Notes: generated by a model not told the origin, from the letters alone. A stretch of 64,000 nucleotides of DNA from Actinomycetota bacterium (GCA_032230005.1 JAVXVI010000013.1:1813-65812); one strand, 5' to 3'; shown: positions 50,797 to 60,338, counted from the first letter of the stretch. Translations and numbers: made by a program.

Positions 50797-53423
50797 CGGC
50801 ACTGCGCTACCTGGGCAGTAGCCTGCTGCGCCGCAAGGTCGAGACGGTTGCGGCGGCGCTCGCGCTCGGGATCGCCGTCGCCTTCCTGGCCGCGCTCGGC
50901 TCGTTCATCTCCCAGAACAACGCGCACCTGACCACCCGTGCCGCCCAGCGCGTGCCGGTCGACTGGCAGGTGCAGGTGACGTCCGGATCCGACCCTGCGG
51001 CGGTCGAGGCCGCCCTGCGCGCAGTACCCGATCTCGCGGGGTATCGCGCTGTCGACTACGCGAAGGTGAGCGGCCTGCGGGCCCGCACCGACAGCGGGCT
51101 TCGTACGACGGGAACCGCCTACGTCGTCGGAGTGCCCGCCGACTACGCGACCTTCGCGCCCGCCGAGATGCGAGCCCTGCTCGGGCCAATGAAGGGGACG
51201 TTGCTCCAGCAGCAGACCGCGTCGAACCTCGGCGCCGGCCCTGGCACTCAGGTCGACGTCCTGGTCGGGAGCCGGTCCCAGGCCATCAGGGTCGACGGCG
51301 TGGTCGACCTGCCGGCAGCCGACTCGCTCTTCCAGACCGTGGGCAGCCCCGCCGGCGCAGGCGCAGCGGCGCCACCGGACAACGTGCTGCTGGTCCCCTC
51401 CGACCAGCTGGCTCGACTCAGCCAAGGAGCGGCTGTCGTCCACCAGTTCCACGTCCGCTTCCATCGCGGGTCGCTGCCCGCGGATCCGGCGGCGGCAGCG
51501 GACCTGTCCACCCGCCGGGCCAACCACTTCGTGGTCTCCGTGGCCGGCGGCGCGCTCGTCGGCGACAACCTCGGGGCGGCCCTGTCGGCCGCCCGCGAGG
51601 ACGCCCTCTATGCCCGGCTGCTCGTCCTCCTGCTCGGCGTGCCCGGAATCGTTCTCGCGGGGGTGGTCACGGCACTGGTGATGGCACTGCGCAGCGACCG
51701 GCAGCGGCGCGACATCGGCCTGCTCCGCCTTCGCGGCGCCACCCCCGCACGCATCGGCGGCTTGCTCGGTCTCGTCGCGCTGGCCGACGGGATCCTCGGC
51801 GCAGCGATCGGTCTCGGCGGCGCTGTCGTCGCACAGCGACTCGCCCTCCCTGCCGGGAGCTCGCTGTCGGTGCGGTGGGCCGTGACAGCTGCCCTGGCCG
51901 GCGTGGCCCTTGCCCTGCTCACCGAGCTCGCACCGGTGCTGCGCCTGCTTCGTCGTGGATCGCAGACGATTGCCGTCGCGGCCAGCACCGCCCCCGCGCG
52001 TCGTACACCACTGCCTCTGCGGCTGGGACTCGACGCCCTCTTCCTGGGGGGGTCGGCGCTGGTGTTCTGGTTGACCGCTCGTGGCGGCTATCAGGTCGTC
52101 GTCGTTCCGGAAGGCGTCCCCGTCGCGTCCGTCAACTACGCCGCACTGCTCGCTCCCACCCTGGCCTGGCCGGGGCTGGCGCTGCTGCTGTGGCGAGTGA
52201 CGTCCGCTGTGCTCTCGCGACGGCCGGCCGTTCCGCAGGCCGACCCCAACGGCCGGCTCCCGGATCTACGACGGGCGGTCGTACGCCGGCGGCGGTGGCT
52301 CGTGGCGCGCGGCGCAACCGGGCTCGGCGTCGCTGTCGGTGTCGCGGTGGCCACGGCGGTGTTCACGGCCACCTACGACCGGCAGGCGCGTATCGACGTC
52401 GCACTGACCGTCGGCTCCGACGTTGCCGTGACGCTGCCGGCGGACAGCACCGGCACTGGCCTCGAGGCCGCTGCGCCGGCGGCGGCGAAGGTCCCGGGTG
52501 CGAACCACGTGGAGCCGATGCTGCACCGGCTCGCCTACGTCGGCCCGGACCTGCAGGACCTTTACGGCGTCGATGCGCACACGATCGGTCGAGCGGCTCC
52601 GCTGCTCGACGCGTTCACGCCGGGCAGCACGATCCACGACAGCCTCGCTCGACTCAGCGCCCGCCCCGACGGTGCGCTCGTGTCGCAGGAGACCCTGCAC
52701 GACTACCAGCTGCGCCAGGGCGACCTGCTGCGACTGCGGCTCAAGGATGCGACCGGCAAGTACGCCACCGTTCCGTTCCACGTCGTCGGCGTCATCACGG
52801 AGTTCGCGACAGCCCCGCGGGACAGCTTCGTCGTAGCCAACTCCTCTTACGTTGCACGGGCTACCGGCTCAGCGACGGTGCAGACGTTGCTCGTCGCGAC
52901 GTCCAAGCCGGCTGCCGTTGCTGCGGCACTACGACGGCAGGTGACACCCCCTGCTTCCGTGGCCGACACCGGGTCAGCGGACGCTTCCGTGACCTCGGCC
53001 TCGGGACTGGCCGCGAGCGACCTGTCCGGACTGGCCCGGCTCGGACTGGGCTTCGGGGTGCTGCTCGCGGTGGCCAGCGCGATCCTCGTACTCGTCGTCG
53101 GCGTGACACAGCGCCGCCGGTCGCTCGTGATGCTTGCCGTCCTCGGCGCCACCGCACGCCAACGCGCGGGCTTCGTGCGCACAGAAGCAGCCGTGCTCGC
53201 TGTGGCGGGTGTCGTCGGCGGGCTCGTCGCCGGCGGCGTCGTGGCGGCAGAGCTGGTGAAGGTCCTGAACGGCATCTTCGACCCGGCGCCCGAACGGCCC
53301 GTGGTGCCGGGCGGCTTCCTCACGCTGCTCGTGGCAGCCGTGCTCATCGGGACGGCATCGACCGGGGTCGTCTGCGCCCGGCTCGTGGGCCGCGTGGATC
53401 CGAGCAAGCTGCGCGACCTATGA
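50793..53423 (+). CDS. large ABC transporter permease with two FtsX-type modules
   Basis: 876 aa, and its ATG overlaps the previous stop (ATGA). The layout is TM - large extracytoplasmic domain - 3 TM (..LLRLRGATPARI..), repeated once (..MLAVLGATARQR..). This is the architecture of duplicated FtsX/MacB-like permeases. Confidence 0.8.
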   Translation: MTALRYLGSSLLRRKVETVAAALALGIAVAFLAALGSFISQNNAHLTTRAAQRVPVDWQVQVTSGSDPAAVEAALRAVPDLAGYRAVDYAKVSGLRARTDSGLRTTGTAYVVGVPADYATFAPAEMRALLGPMKGTLLQQQTASNLGAGPGTQVDVLVGSRSQAIRVDGVVDLPAADSLFQTVGSPAGAGAAAPPDNVLLVPSDQLARLSQGAAVVHQFHVRFHRGSLPADPAAAADLSTRRANHFVVSVAGGALVGDNLGAALSAAREDALYARLLVLLLGVPGIVLAGVVTALVMALRSDRQRRDIGLLRLRGATPARIGGLLGLVALADGILGAAIGLGGAVVAQRLALPAGSSLSVRWAVTAALAGVALALLTELAPVLRLLRRGSQTIAVAASTAPARRTPLPLRLGLDALFLGGSALVFWLTARGGYQVVVVPEGVPVASVNYAALLAPTLAWPGLALLLWRVTSAVLSRRPAVPQADPNGRLPDLRRAVVRRRRWLVARGATGLGVAVGVAVATAVFTATYDRQARIDVALTVGSDVAVTLPADSTGTGLEAAAPAAAKVPGANHVEPMLHRLAYVGPDLQDLYGVDAHTIGRAAPLLDAFTPGSTIHDSLARLSARPDGALVSQETLHDYQLRQGDLLRLRLKDATGKYATVPFHVVGVITEFATAPRDSFVVANSSYVARATGSATVQTLLVATSKPAAVAAALRRQVTPPASVADTGSADASVTSASGLAASDLSGLARLGLGFGVLLAVASAILVLVVGVTQRRRSLVMLAVLGATARQRAGFVRTEAAVLAVAGVVGGLVAGGVVAAELVKVLNGIFDPAPERPVVPGGFLTLLVAAVLIGTASTGVVCARLVGRVDPSKLRDL

Positions 53424-53840
53424 CCCGACGGTCACCAGCGGCAGCTCGAAGTGGGCCAGTCGATGCGGCAGGTCCAGGTGCAGCCAGCGCGACACCTCGT
53501 GCGGAGCCAGCGACAGGATGATCTCGTCGACGGGCTCGCTCAGCATCGTCTCCTCGATCGCGTCGTAGGGGTCGTGCCGGATCGACACCGAGCCGATGAC
53601 ATGACCCCCGGCGGCCTCCTCGAACGCAGGCAGCGAGGCGCGCAGGACCCGCTCGGCCTCGGCCGCTTTGTCATGGCGGTCCGGGTGCAGCAGATGTGCC
53701 TCGGCGTGCGCCGGGTTGGGCACCAGCAGCCTGAACTGCACGGGCCCCTTGGCGGCCCGCTCGCGGATGGCGTCCAGCAGGGCAGGGGTCGCAGCGGTCT
53801 TGTCGCTCACCACAAGGATGCGGGCTGGCCTGGATTCCAT
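53418..53840 (-). CDS. USP-like (adenine-nucleotide alpha-hydrolase-like) small cytoplasmic protein, hypothetical
   Basis: 140 aa with GGGGGA upstream of the ATG. RILVVSDKTAATPALLDAIRERAAKGPVQFRLLVPNP... suggests a Rossmann-like beta-alpha start. Its 3' end overlaps the convergent permease gene by 6 nt. Confidence 0.55.
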   Translation of the reverse strand: MESRPARILVVSDKTAATPALLDAIRERAAKGPVQFRLLVPNPAHAEAHLLHPDRHDKAAEAERVLRASLPAFEEAAGGHVIGSVSIRHDPYDAIEETMLSEPVDEIILSLAPHEVSRWLHLDLPHRLAHFELPLVTVGS

Positions 53841-53912
53841 GGGTCCCCCGGGGACGTCGGCGCGGAGCGTGAGGCTCGCACCGCCCGCGTGAAGTTCGCC
53901 TGAACACTCTGC

Positions 53913-54113
53913 TCAGCGCTGACGACGGTAGAGCCACGCCGCGCGCCCAGCCCCGACCACGACGGGGAGGACCACGCACACAACGGGACGGCTGCCCGCG
54001 ATCCAGAGCAGCGGCCCGAGGACGACGACTGCCATGAGCCCCGCCACCCACCAGGGAAGCTCGGCGCGTGTGCCGGGTGGCGGCGGCACCCGGCGGCCGG
54101 TCTCAGACGCCAC
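53913..54113 (-). CDS. 66-aa two-TM small membrane protein
   Basis: GTG start with GGAGGAG about 9 nt upstream. Sequence: ELPWWVAGLMAVVVLGPLLWIAG..PVVCVVLPVVVGAGRAAWLY, ending with a positively charged tail RRQR. It lies directly downstream of the histidine kinase gene. Confidence 0.45.
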   Translation of the reverse strand: MASETGRRVPPPPGTRAELPWWVAGLMAVVVLGPLLWIAGSRPVVCVVLPVVVGAGRAAWLYRRQR

Positions 54114-54182
54114 AGCTGTTGTCTCCTCCGCGAGGAGGTCACCGTGGCGTGCGGGTCCTGAACACCGCCTGAGGGCCGCGGC

Positions 54183-55511
54183 TCAGGAACTGACGGGCTG
54201 CGCCAGCGGAAGGCGCACGCGCAGGCGAGCGCCTCCGCTCGGCGACGTGAGCACGGTGACGTCCCCGCCGTGGCTGCGGGCGATCTCCCGCACGAGGGCA
54301 AGGCCCAACCCGTTACCGCCGTCACTCCGGGCACGCGCGTCGTCGAGTCGGACCCACCGCTCGAACACGCGATCGCGCTCCGGCTCAGGGATGCCCGGAC
54401 CGTCGTCATCCACGTCGAGCACGGCGTCGCCGTCGACAACCGAGGTCGTCACGTGCACGACCGACCCATGGCGTTGCGCGTTGGAGCGCAGGTTGTCGAC
54501 GAGGCGACGGAGCGCGTCGGCGTCACCCCGCACCGAGACCGGCTCGCCCTCGGCCCCCGCGAGCCGCGTCAGGTCGACGACCGTCGAGCCGACGTCGTTG
54601 CGCGCCTCCGCGCGGGCCAGCACCAGCAGGTCGTCGGTCAGAGCGGCAAGCCGATCGACCTCGTGCCCCAGGTCAGAGAGGAGCGCTGCAACGTCCACCG
54701 CATCCGGATGGGCCTGGGCCACGTCGAGCTGGACGCGCATGCTGGTCACGGGTGAGCGCAGCTCGTGCGCGGCATCCGCAACGAGGCCCTCCTGGCGGGA
54801 CACGAGCAGCCGCAACGCCGCGAGCAGCTGGTTCAGGGTCGCGCCCAGCCGCGCGATCTCGTCGCCGGTGTCAGGGACGGGGAGCCCGGTCGCCGGCGTC
54901 CGCGCCGGGTTCGCCGCCTGGTCAGCCGCCGCACTTCGCAGCTGCTCGACCGGGCGCAACGCGAGACCGGTCACCCACCACACGACTGCGGTGGCACCGA
55001 GCAGGAGCAGAGGTACGACGAGGACGAGCACGAGTCGCAGAGCGCGAAGCGCCCGCCGTACGTCATCAAGGGGTGCGGCGACCACGACGCGCACCGGCGC
55101 ACCGTCCAGCTCAGCACTGGTCGTCCGGATCCGCAGCGGCACACCGGCGTACGAGCCGTCCTCATCGGTGAGCACCCGCGGACCCTCGCTGTCGCGGACC
55201 AGCGGTTGGACCCGGCTGGCAGTCGCAGTGGCTGCGAGGACCGTGCCGTCCGCGGCCAGGACCTGCGCCTGCAGCCCCGACCCGGCGGGCAGCGGGAGGA
55301 CGGTGGGCAGCTGGCTGCTGTTGACCAGCGCCACCAGGCTGTCGGCCTCGGCACGCGTCTGCTGATCGATGTCCCGCAGGCGTCCGCCGGAGAACGCCAG
55401 CGCCAGGGCAACGGTGCCGAGCACGAGGGCCGCAGCGAGGGGGCCGGCGGCCGACAGCACGATCCGTGCGCGGACGCTCCGTCGGGACCACCACCGCCGC
55501 AAGCGGGTCAC
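54183..55511 (-). CDS. sensor histidine kinase (2 TM, HAMP, HisKA, HATPase_c)
   Basis: The GTG at 55511 overlaps the RR stop (GTGA). H-box LVADAAHELRSPVTS, N-box RLVDNLRSNAQRHG, G-boxes DDDGPGIP and GGNGLGLALV. Track ORF was trimmed. Confidence 0.9.
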   Translation of the reverse strand: MTRLRRWWSRRSVRARIVLSAAGPLAAALVLGTVALALAFSGGRLRDIDQQTRAEADSLVALVNSSQLPTVLPLPAGSGLQAQVLAADGTVLAATATASRVQPLVRDSEGPRVLTDEDGSYAGVPLRIRTTSAELDGAPVRVVVAAPLDDVRRALRALRLVLVLVVPLLLLGATAVVWWVTGLALRPVEQLRSAAADQAANPARTPATGLPVPDTGDEIARLGATLNQLLAALRLLVSRQEGLVADAAHELRSPVTSMRVQLDVAQAHPDAVDVAALLSDLGHEVDRLAALTDDLLVLARAEARNDVGSTVVDLTRLAGAEGEPVSVRGDADALRRLVDNLRSNAQRHGSVVHVTTSVVDGDAVLDVDDDGPGIPEPERDRVFERWVRLDDARARSDGGNGLGLALVREIARSHGGDVTVLTSPSGGARLRVRLPLAQPVSS

Positions 55512-56167
55512 GTGCCACCCATGCGGTAGCCACCGCCCCGCACCGTGACCACCGCCGCCCGTCCGAGCTTGCGCCGTAGGTAGCCGACGTAGACCTCGAC
55601 GACGTTGGGGTGCCGATCCGGGTCGGCATGGAAGACGCGCTCCAGGAGCTCCAGCTTGCTGACGACCCGGCCGTCGCGCCGCAGGAGGTGCTCGAGCAGC
55701 TCGAACTCGCGAGGCGTGAGGTCGACGGCAGCGCCGGCAGAGGTGACGGTCCGGCGCGCGGTATCCAGAACGAGCTCCCCGCGGGTGAGGGTCGAGGACG
55801 CCTGCTCGCGGCCACGGCGCTCGAGTGCACGGAGGCGGGCGACAAGGACGACATACGAGAAGGGCTTGACGAGGTAGTCGTCCGCGCCCAGCTCCAAGGC
55901 GTCCGCGACGTCGTACTCGCCGTCCTTCGCCGAGAGCATCAGCACCGGCGTGTGGTTGTCCGCCGCACGCAACCGCTTGAGCACCTCGTAGCCCGACATC
56001 CCGGGCAGCATGATGTCCAGTACGACGGCGTCGAACGCAGAGCTCAGCGACAGCTCGAGCCCCGCCGGCCCGTCGTGGGCCGTCTCGACCGTGAATCCGT
56101 CTGCCGCCAGACCGCGGCCCAGCGCGGCGATCATCCGGACCTCGTCGTCGACGAGCAGGACCTTCAT
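55508..56167 (-). CDS. OmpR-family response regulator
   Basis: MKVLLVDDEVRMIAALGRGL...DAVVLDIMLPGMSGYEVL...DDYLVKPFS. The winged-helix C-terminus reads LTPREFELLEHLLRRDGRVVSKLELLERVF. Confidence 0.9.
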   Translation of the reverse strand: MKVLLVDDEVRMIAALGRGLAADGFTVETAHDGPAGLELSLSSAFDAVVLDIMLPGMSGYEVLKRLRAADNHTPVLMLSAKDGEYDVADALELGADDYLVKPFSYVVLVARLRALERRGREQASSTLTRGELVLDTARRTVTSAGAAVDLTPREFELLEHLLRRDGRVVSKLELLERVFHADPDRHPNVVEVYVGYLRRKLGRAAVVTVRGGGYRMGGT

Positions 56168-56257
56168 GCGCCCAGTCTCCCCGTTCCACCCCCGCCGTGC
56201 GTCACGCTCTCAGTGACCTCTCAGCACGGGCCGGCGTCGGCAGCGCATCCTGAGCCC

Positions 56258-57406
56258 ATGACCTCCTCGCGTTCCTTGCGCCGTCGCGCCGCATGGGCGG
56301 TGCCCGCCGTCACTGCCGTCGCCATCGCAGCCGCTGCGCTGCTGCCGACCACTGCCTCCGCCGATGCGCACCCCGTCCTGCCGCAGCGGTCGCCCGCACA
56401 GCTGCTGGCCGCCGTGCAGAGCAGCTCGGTCCAGCACCTGTCGGGCACGATCGTCGAGACGGCGCGCCTCGGGCTGCCGGACCTCCCCGGTGCCGACGAC
56501 ACGGCTGCCTTGAACTGGCAGACCCTGGTGACGGGCACTCACACGGCGCGGGTCTGGCTCGACGGCAAGGACAAGCAGCGACTCGCGCTGCTCGGCCAGC
56601 TGTCCGAGTCCGACATCGTCCGCAACGGTCGCGACGTGTGGAGCTACGCGAGCGCCGGCCAGCAGGTCGGGCACGTCGTGATGGACGCCCCGAAGCCGGA
56701 GCAGCCCAAGGCTCCTGACGCCACGGACCTGACGGCCCAGACACCGCTGGGTGCTGCGGACGAGGCCCTCAAGGCGATCGACCCCTCGACGGTCGTGACG
56801 GTCGACCGGACCGCGCGGGTGGCTGGGCGGCCCGCCTACACCCTGGTCCTGACTCCGCGGGACACCCGCTCGACGGTCCGCAAGGTGCTCATCGCGGTGG
56901 ACGCGACGCGGAACGTCCCGCTGCGCGTGCAGGTGTTCAGCACCGCGACGAAGCCCGCTTTCGAGATCGGCTTCACCGACATCTCGTTCGCCAAGCCGGC
57001 CGCATCGGTGTTCACCTTCACCCCGCCGAAGGGTGTGACCGTCACCCACAACCTGCTCAGCGGTGCAGGTGCCTCGGTCCGCCAGCGGCCGAACGCCAAG
57101 GACATCCAGAAGCCCAGTGCGTCGCCCGCACCTGCCGCCGGCAAGAACGCCGGCCAGAAGGTCCTCGGGACCGGCTGGACCTCGGTGCTGCTGATCCCAG
57201 CTCCCACCGACGGCTCGTCGCCGCTGGCCGCCCTGCAGGGCCAGTCGGCCGAGCTGCTGGGTCGCCTGACGACGTCCCAGCCCGACGGGTCCCGGTTGAT
57301 CCGGAGTGCGCTGATCAACGTGCTGATCACCAAGGACGGCCGCGTGCTCGCCGGAGCGGTCAGCCCGGAGCTGCTGCAGAGCTACGCCGCCGGGCACACC
57401 GGGTGA
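56258..57406 (+). CDS. secreted LolA/RseB-like (DUF2092/DUF4367-type) protein
   Basis: Starts at ATG 56258 with signal MTSSRSLRRRAAWAVPAVTAVAIAAAALLPTTASA. Core: SPAQLLAAVQSSSVQHLSGTIVETARLGLP...TARVWLDGKDKQRLALLGQLSESDIVRNGRDVWSY...VAGRPAYTLVLTPRD..STVRKVLIAVDA. This is the pattern of lipoprotein-carrier-like domains found in this genomic context. Confidence 0.6.
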   Translation: MTSSRSLRRRAAWAVPAVTAVAIAAAALLPTTASADAHPVLPQRSPAQLLAAVQSSSVQHLSGTIVETARLGLPDLPGADDTAALNWQTLVTGTHTARVWLDGKDKQRLALLGQLSESDIVRNGRDVWSYASAGQQVGHVVMDAPKPEQPKAPDATDLTAQTPLGAADEALKAIDPSTVVTVDRTARVAGRPAYTLVLTPRDTRSTVRKVLIAVDATRNVPLRVQVFSTATKPAFEIGFTDISFAKPAASVFTFTPPKGVTVTHNLLSGAGASVRQRPNAKDIQKPSASPAPAAGKNAGQKVLGTGWTSVLLIPAPTDGSSPLAALQGQSAELLGRLTTSQPDGSRLIRSALINVLITKDGRVLAGAVSPELLQSYAAGHTG

Positions 57407-58386
57407 CGGCCACCGCCACCACTGTCGCGCCAACCCTGCCCGCCCCGCCCGACGACCTGGCGATCCGCACTGTCGGCCTGACCCGGCACTTCGGTCGGCA
57501 GCTGGCCGTGGACGGCGTCGACCTGGTCGTGCCGACCGGGGCGGTCTACGGGTTCCTCGGCCCCAACGGGTCGGGGAAGACGACCACGATCCGCATGCTG
57601 CTCGGGCTGCTGTCCGCGGACAGCGGGGAGATCGACGTGCTCGGCAAGCCGATGCCGCGCGCGCTCTCCGACGTCCTCCCCCGCGTGGGCGCGCTGATCG
57701 AAGGCCCTGCTTTCCACCCGTACCTCTCCGGCGCGGCGAACCTGCGTCGGCTCGACGTCAGCGACGCCACCGCCGACCCGGCAACGAGCGCGGAGCGCAT
57801 CGACCAGGCGCTCGCCCGTGTCGGGCTCACCGCCGCGGCGGGCAAGAAGTACCGCAACTACTCCCTCGGCATGAAGCAGCGCCTCGGCCTCGCCGCCGCA
57901 CTACTGCAGCCACGCGACCTGCTGGTGCTGGACGAGCCGACCAACGGTCTCGACCCGCAGGGCACCCGCGAGGTCCGCCACCTCGTGCGCGATCTCGCCT
58001 CCGACGGCACCACGGTGCTGGTGTCCAGCCACCTGCTGTCCGAGGTCGAGCAGATCGCGACCCACGTCGGCATCATGGCGGGCGGGCGGCTGCTCCGGCA
58101 GGGCACGCTGACCGAGGTGCTCGCCGACGGGACCGCGGTCATCCGGGTGAGCACGCCAGACACCGCGGACGTACGACGGGTGCTGGAGGGTCTTGGGCTG
58201 ACCGAGGTCGTCATCGGCGCAGGCGAGGACCTGGTGTCGGCCCGGCTCGGTGACGTTGCGACGGAGCGTGTCGCGGCGGCCGTGGTCGAGTCGGGGGCGC
58301 GGTTGCGGGGACTTGCCGTCGTACGGCCGGATCTGGAAGACCTGTTCGTCTCGCTCACCGGGGAGGGCTTCGATGTCCTCGGCTGA
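57403..58386 (+). CDS. ABC transporter ATP-binding protein (ABC-2/DrrA-type)
   Basis: GTGA overlap with the upstream gene. Walker A GPNGSGKTT, signature YSLGMKQRLGLAAAL, Walker B LLVLDEPTNGLD. Confidence 0.9.
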   Translation: MTATATTVAPTLPAPPDDLAIRTVGLTRHFGRQLAVDGVDLVVPTGAVYGFLGPNGSGKTTTIRMLLGLLSADSGEIDVLGKPMPRALSDVLPRVGALIEGPAFHPYLSGAANLRRLDVSDATADPATSAERIDQALARVGLTAAAGKKYRNYSLGMKQRLGLAAALLQPRDLLVLDEPTNGLDPQGTREVRHLVRDLASDGTTVLVSSHLLSEVEQIATHVGIMAGGRLLRQGTLTEVLADGTAVIRVSTPDTADVRRVLEGLGLTEVVIGAGEDLVSARLGDVATERVAAAVVESGARLRGLAVVRPDLEDLFVSLTGEGFDVLG

Positions 58387-59233
58387 TGTATCCCTGGCGC
58401 TGCCACGGCGCCGCTATCCCGGTGCGTTCTGGCGGCTCTACAAGGGGGAGGTCCGGCTCATCCTGGGCCGCCGCCGCAACGAGGCACTGCTGGCCGTCAT
58501 CAGCATCGTGCCGATCCTCATCGGGATCGCCGTCTACGTCTCGACACCGCGTGGCGGGGATGGCCCGCCGTTCCTGCAGCAGATCACCGGCAACGGGCTG
58601 TTCCTCGTCTTCACTGCCCTGACGGTCTGCTTGCCGTTGTTCCTGCCGCTGATCATCGGTGTCGTCGCCGGCGACAGCATCGCCGGCGAAGCCGGCAGTG
58701 GCACGCTGCGCTACCTGCTGACGCTGCCCGTGACCCGACGGCGGCTGCTGGCGGCGAAGACTCTGGGCGTGCTGACCTACACCGCTGCTGCAGTGCTCAC
58801 GGTCTCGCTCGTGGGGCTCATCACCGGAGCCGTGCTGTTCGGGCTGCACGACGTGACGCTGCTGTCCGGCGACACGGTGAGTCTGGCCAATGGACTGGTG
58901 CGGGCGCTGGGTGTTGCGGCGTACGTCATCGTGGCGCTGTTCGGTCTGGCGTCGGTTGGCGTCTTCATCTCCACCCTCACCGAGAACGCCATCGCCGCGA
59001 TGGCCTCCACAGTCGGCTTCGCCGTCTTCTGCCTGGTGCTGGACGCGGTGCCGCAGCTGCACGCGATCCACCCGATCCTGCTGACGCACAACTGGCTCGC
59101 CTTCGGCGAACTCCTGCGCAGCAGCGTCGACGGGACAGCCCTGGTGCGCTGGAGCCTGCTGCACCTCAGCTATGCCGCGGTGTTCCTCAGCCTGGCCTAC
59201 GCGCGGCTGCAGACCAAGGACATCACGAGCTGA
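58373..59233 (+). CDS. ABC-2 type transporter permease
   Basis: ATG at 58373 with GGGAGGG 5 nt upstream. Six hydrophobic segments. Track ORF 58250..59233 was trimmed. Confidence 0.75.
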   Translation: MSSADVSLALPRRRYPGAFWRLYKGEVRLILGRRRNEALLAVISIVPILIGIAVYVSTPRGGDGPPFLQQITGNGLFLVFTALTVCLPLFLPLIIGVVAGDSIAGEAGSGTLRYLLTLPVTRRRLLAAKTLGVLTYTAAAVLTVSLVGLITGAVLFGLHDVTLLSGDTVSLANGLVRALGVAAYVIVALFGLASVGVFISTLTENAIAAMASTVGFAVFCLVLDAVPQLHAIHPILLTHNWLAFGELLRSSVDGTALVRWSLLHLSYAAVFLSLAYARLQTKDITS

Positions 59234-59993
59234 CCGGCTGCTCCACCTCGGGCCGGACCGCCTCGGTCTGGTCGGCGCGGGTCTTCGTGAGGTAGACGAC
59301 GGTCAGGAAGATGGCGCTGAGGAAGAGCACGCTGGTCCACAGGGTGCCCATGCCCTGGCCGCCGTCGGCCTTCGGCGAGGCCAGGAAGTCGCCCAGGTTG
59401 GCCCCGAGCGGCCGGGTCAGGATGTAGGCCAGCCAGAAGCACAGCACCGGTCCTGCGCCGAGCCGCCAGGCAACGAAGACGGCAGCGATGAGGCCGGCTG
59501 GCAGCAGCGCAGACGGGCCAGGGCCCCAGCCCGTCAGGTCGAGGGTCCAGTCGCCGGCCGCGGTACCGAGCGCGAACGTGACCAGGACGGCGAGCCAGTA
59601 GAAGGCCTCCCGCGGAGTGGTGACGATCGTATGGATCGAGAGCGTCTGCTCGCGGGCGTACCAGACGCCGAAGACGATCGCGAGCAGTACGGCGAACACC
59701 ACGGTGCTGATCCACAAGGACACACCGGCCGAGTCCGTCAGGATGTCGGTCAACAACGTGCCCACCACGCTGATGAGGACGACGGCCAGCCAGTAGACCG
59801 GTGGGACGTAACGGGGCAGCCGGAACTGCGCAACCAGGACGACGATCAGTGCGGCCGTGAAGACGATCGACGTGTTGTAGAGCCCGAAGCCCAGCGTCGC
59901 GTTGATGTAGTCGGCGAAGCTCTCGCCCACCGTCGTACAAAGGATCTTGATGATCCAGAAGTAGACGGTGACCTCGGGAACCTTGTTCAGCAT
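59223..59993 (-). CDS. COG4705-like repeated membrane protein, hypothetical
   Basis: MLNKVPEVTVYFWIIKILCTTVGESFADY... The same motif recurs internally as REAFYWLAVLVTFALGTAAGDW. Alternative starts exist at 60035 (ATG) and 60080 (GTG). Its 3' end overlaps the convergent permease by 11 nt. Confidence 0.6.
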   Translation of the reverse strand: MLNKVPEVTVYFWIIKILCTTVGESFADYINATLGFGLYNTSIVFTAALIVVLVAQFRLPRYVPPVYWLAVVLISVVGTLLTDILTDSAGVSLWISTVVFAVLLAIVFGVWYAREQTLSIHTIVTTPREAFYWLAVLVTFALGTAAGDWTLDLTGWGPGPSALLPAGLIAAVFVAWRLGAGPVLCFWLAYILTRPLGANLGDFLASPKADGGQGMGTLWTSVLFLSAIFLTVVYLTKTRADQTEAVRPEVEQPVSS

Positions 59994-60338
59994 CCGCCGG
60001 GCGCCGTGCAGGGTGGAGTCGGATGACGTCGGCATGGCGGGCAGCGTGCCTGAGCGCACCTGACTGGCACCTGAAAGCACTTATGCACTACTCGGCGTGG
60101 TCCCGATCGGCTCTCGCCTCCTAGTCCGCCGTCCGGGCCGCAAATCTGCTGAAACGGGTCGCCGGCTCCAACCCTCTCCCGCCCGCAGACAGCCTCCGGA
60201 GCAACAAGATCGGCTAATGGTCTAACGGGCATCTGACGCCGTCCGACCATCGAGAACGACATGCCTTTCAGCCGATAACTCGGGCGAACTCGCATCGGAC
60301 CTGCTCCGGCTGCGCACTTTCGGCGAAGGACGGTCAAC

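Noticed and set aside
60081-60338. c-di-GMP (GEMM-I) or c-di-AMP (ydaO) riboswitch upstream of the protease/GGDEF-EAL pair
   Set aside because: I could not place the conserved cores of either class by eye. It is kept only as an unassigned long leader in the findings.
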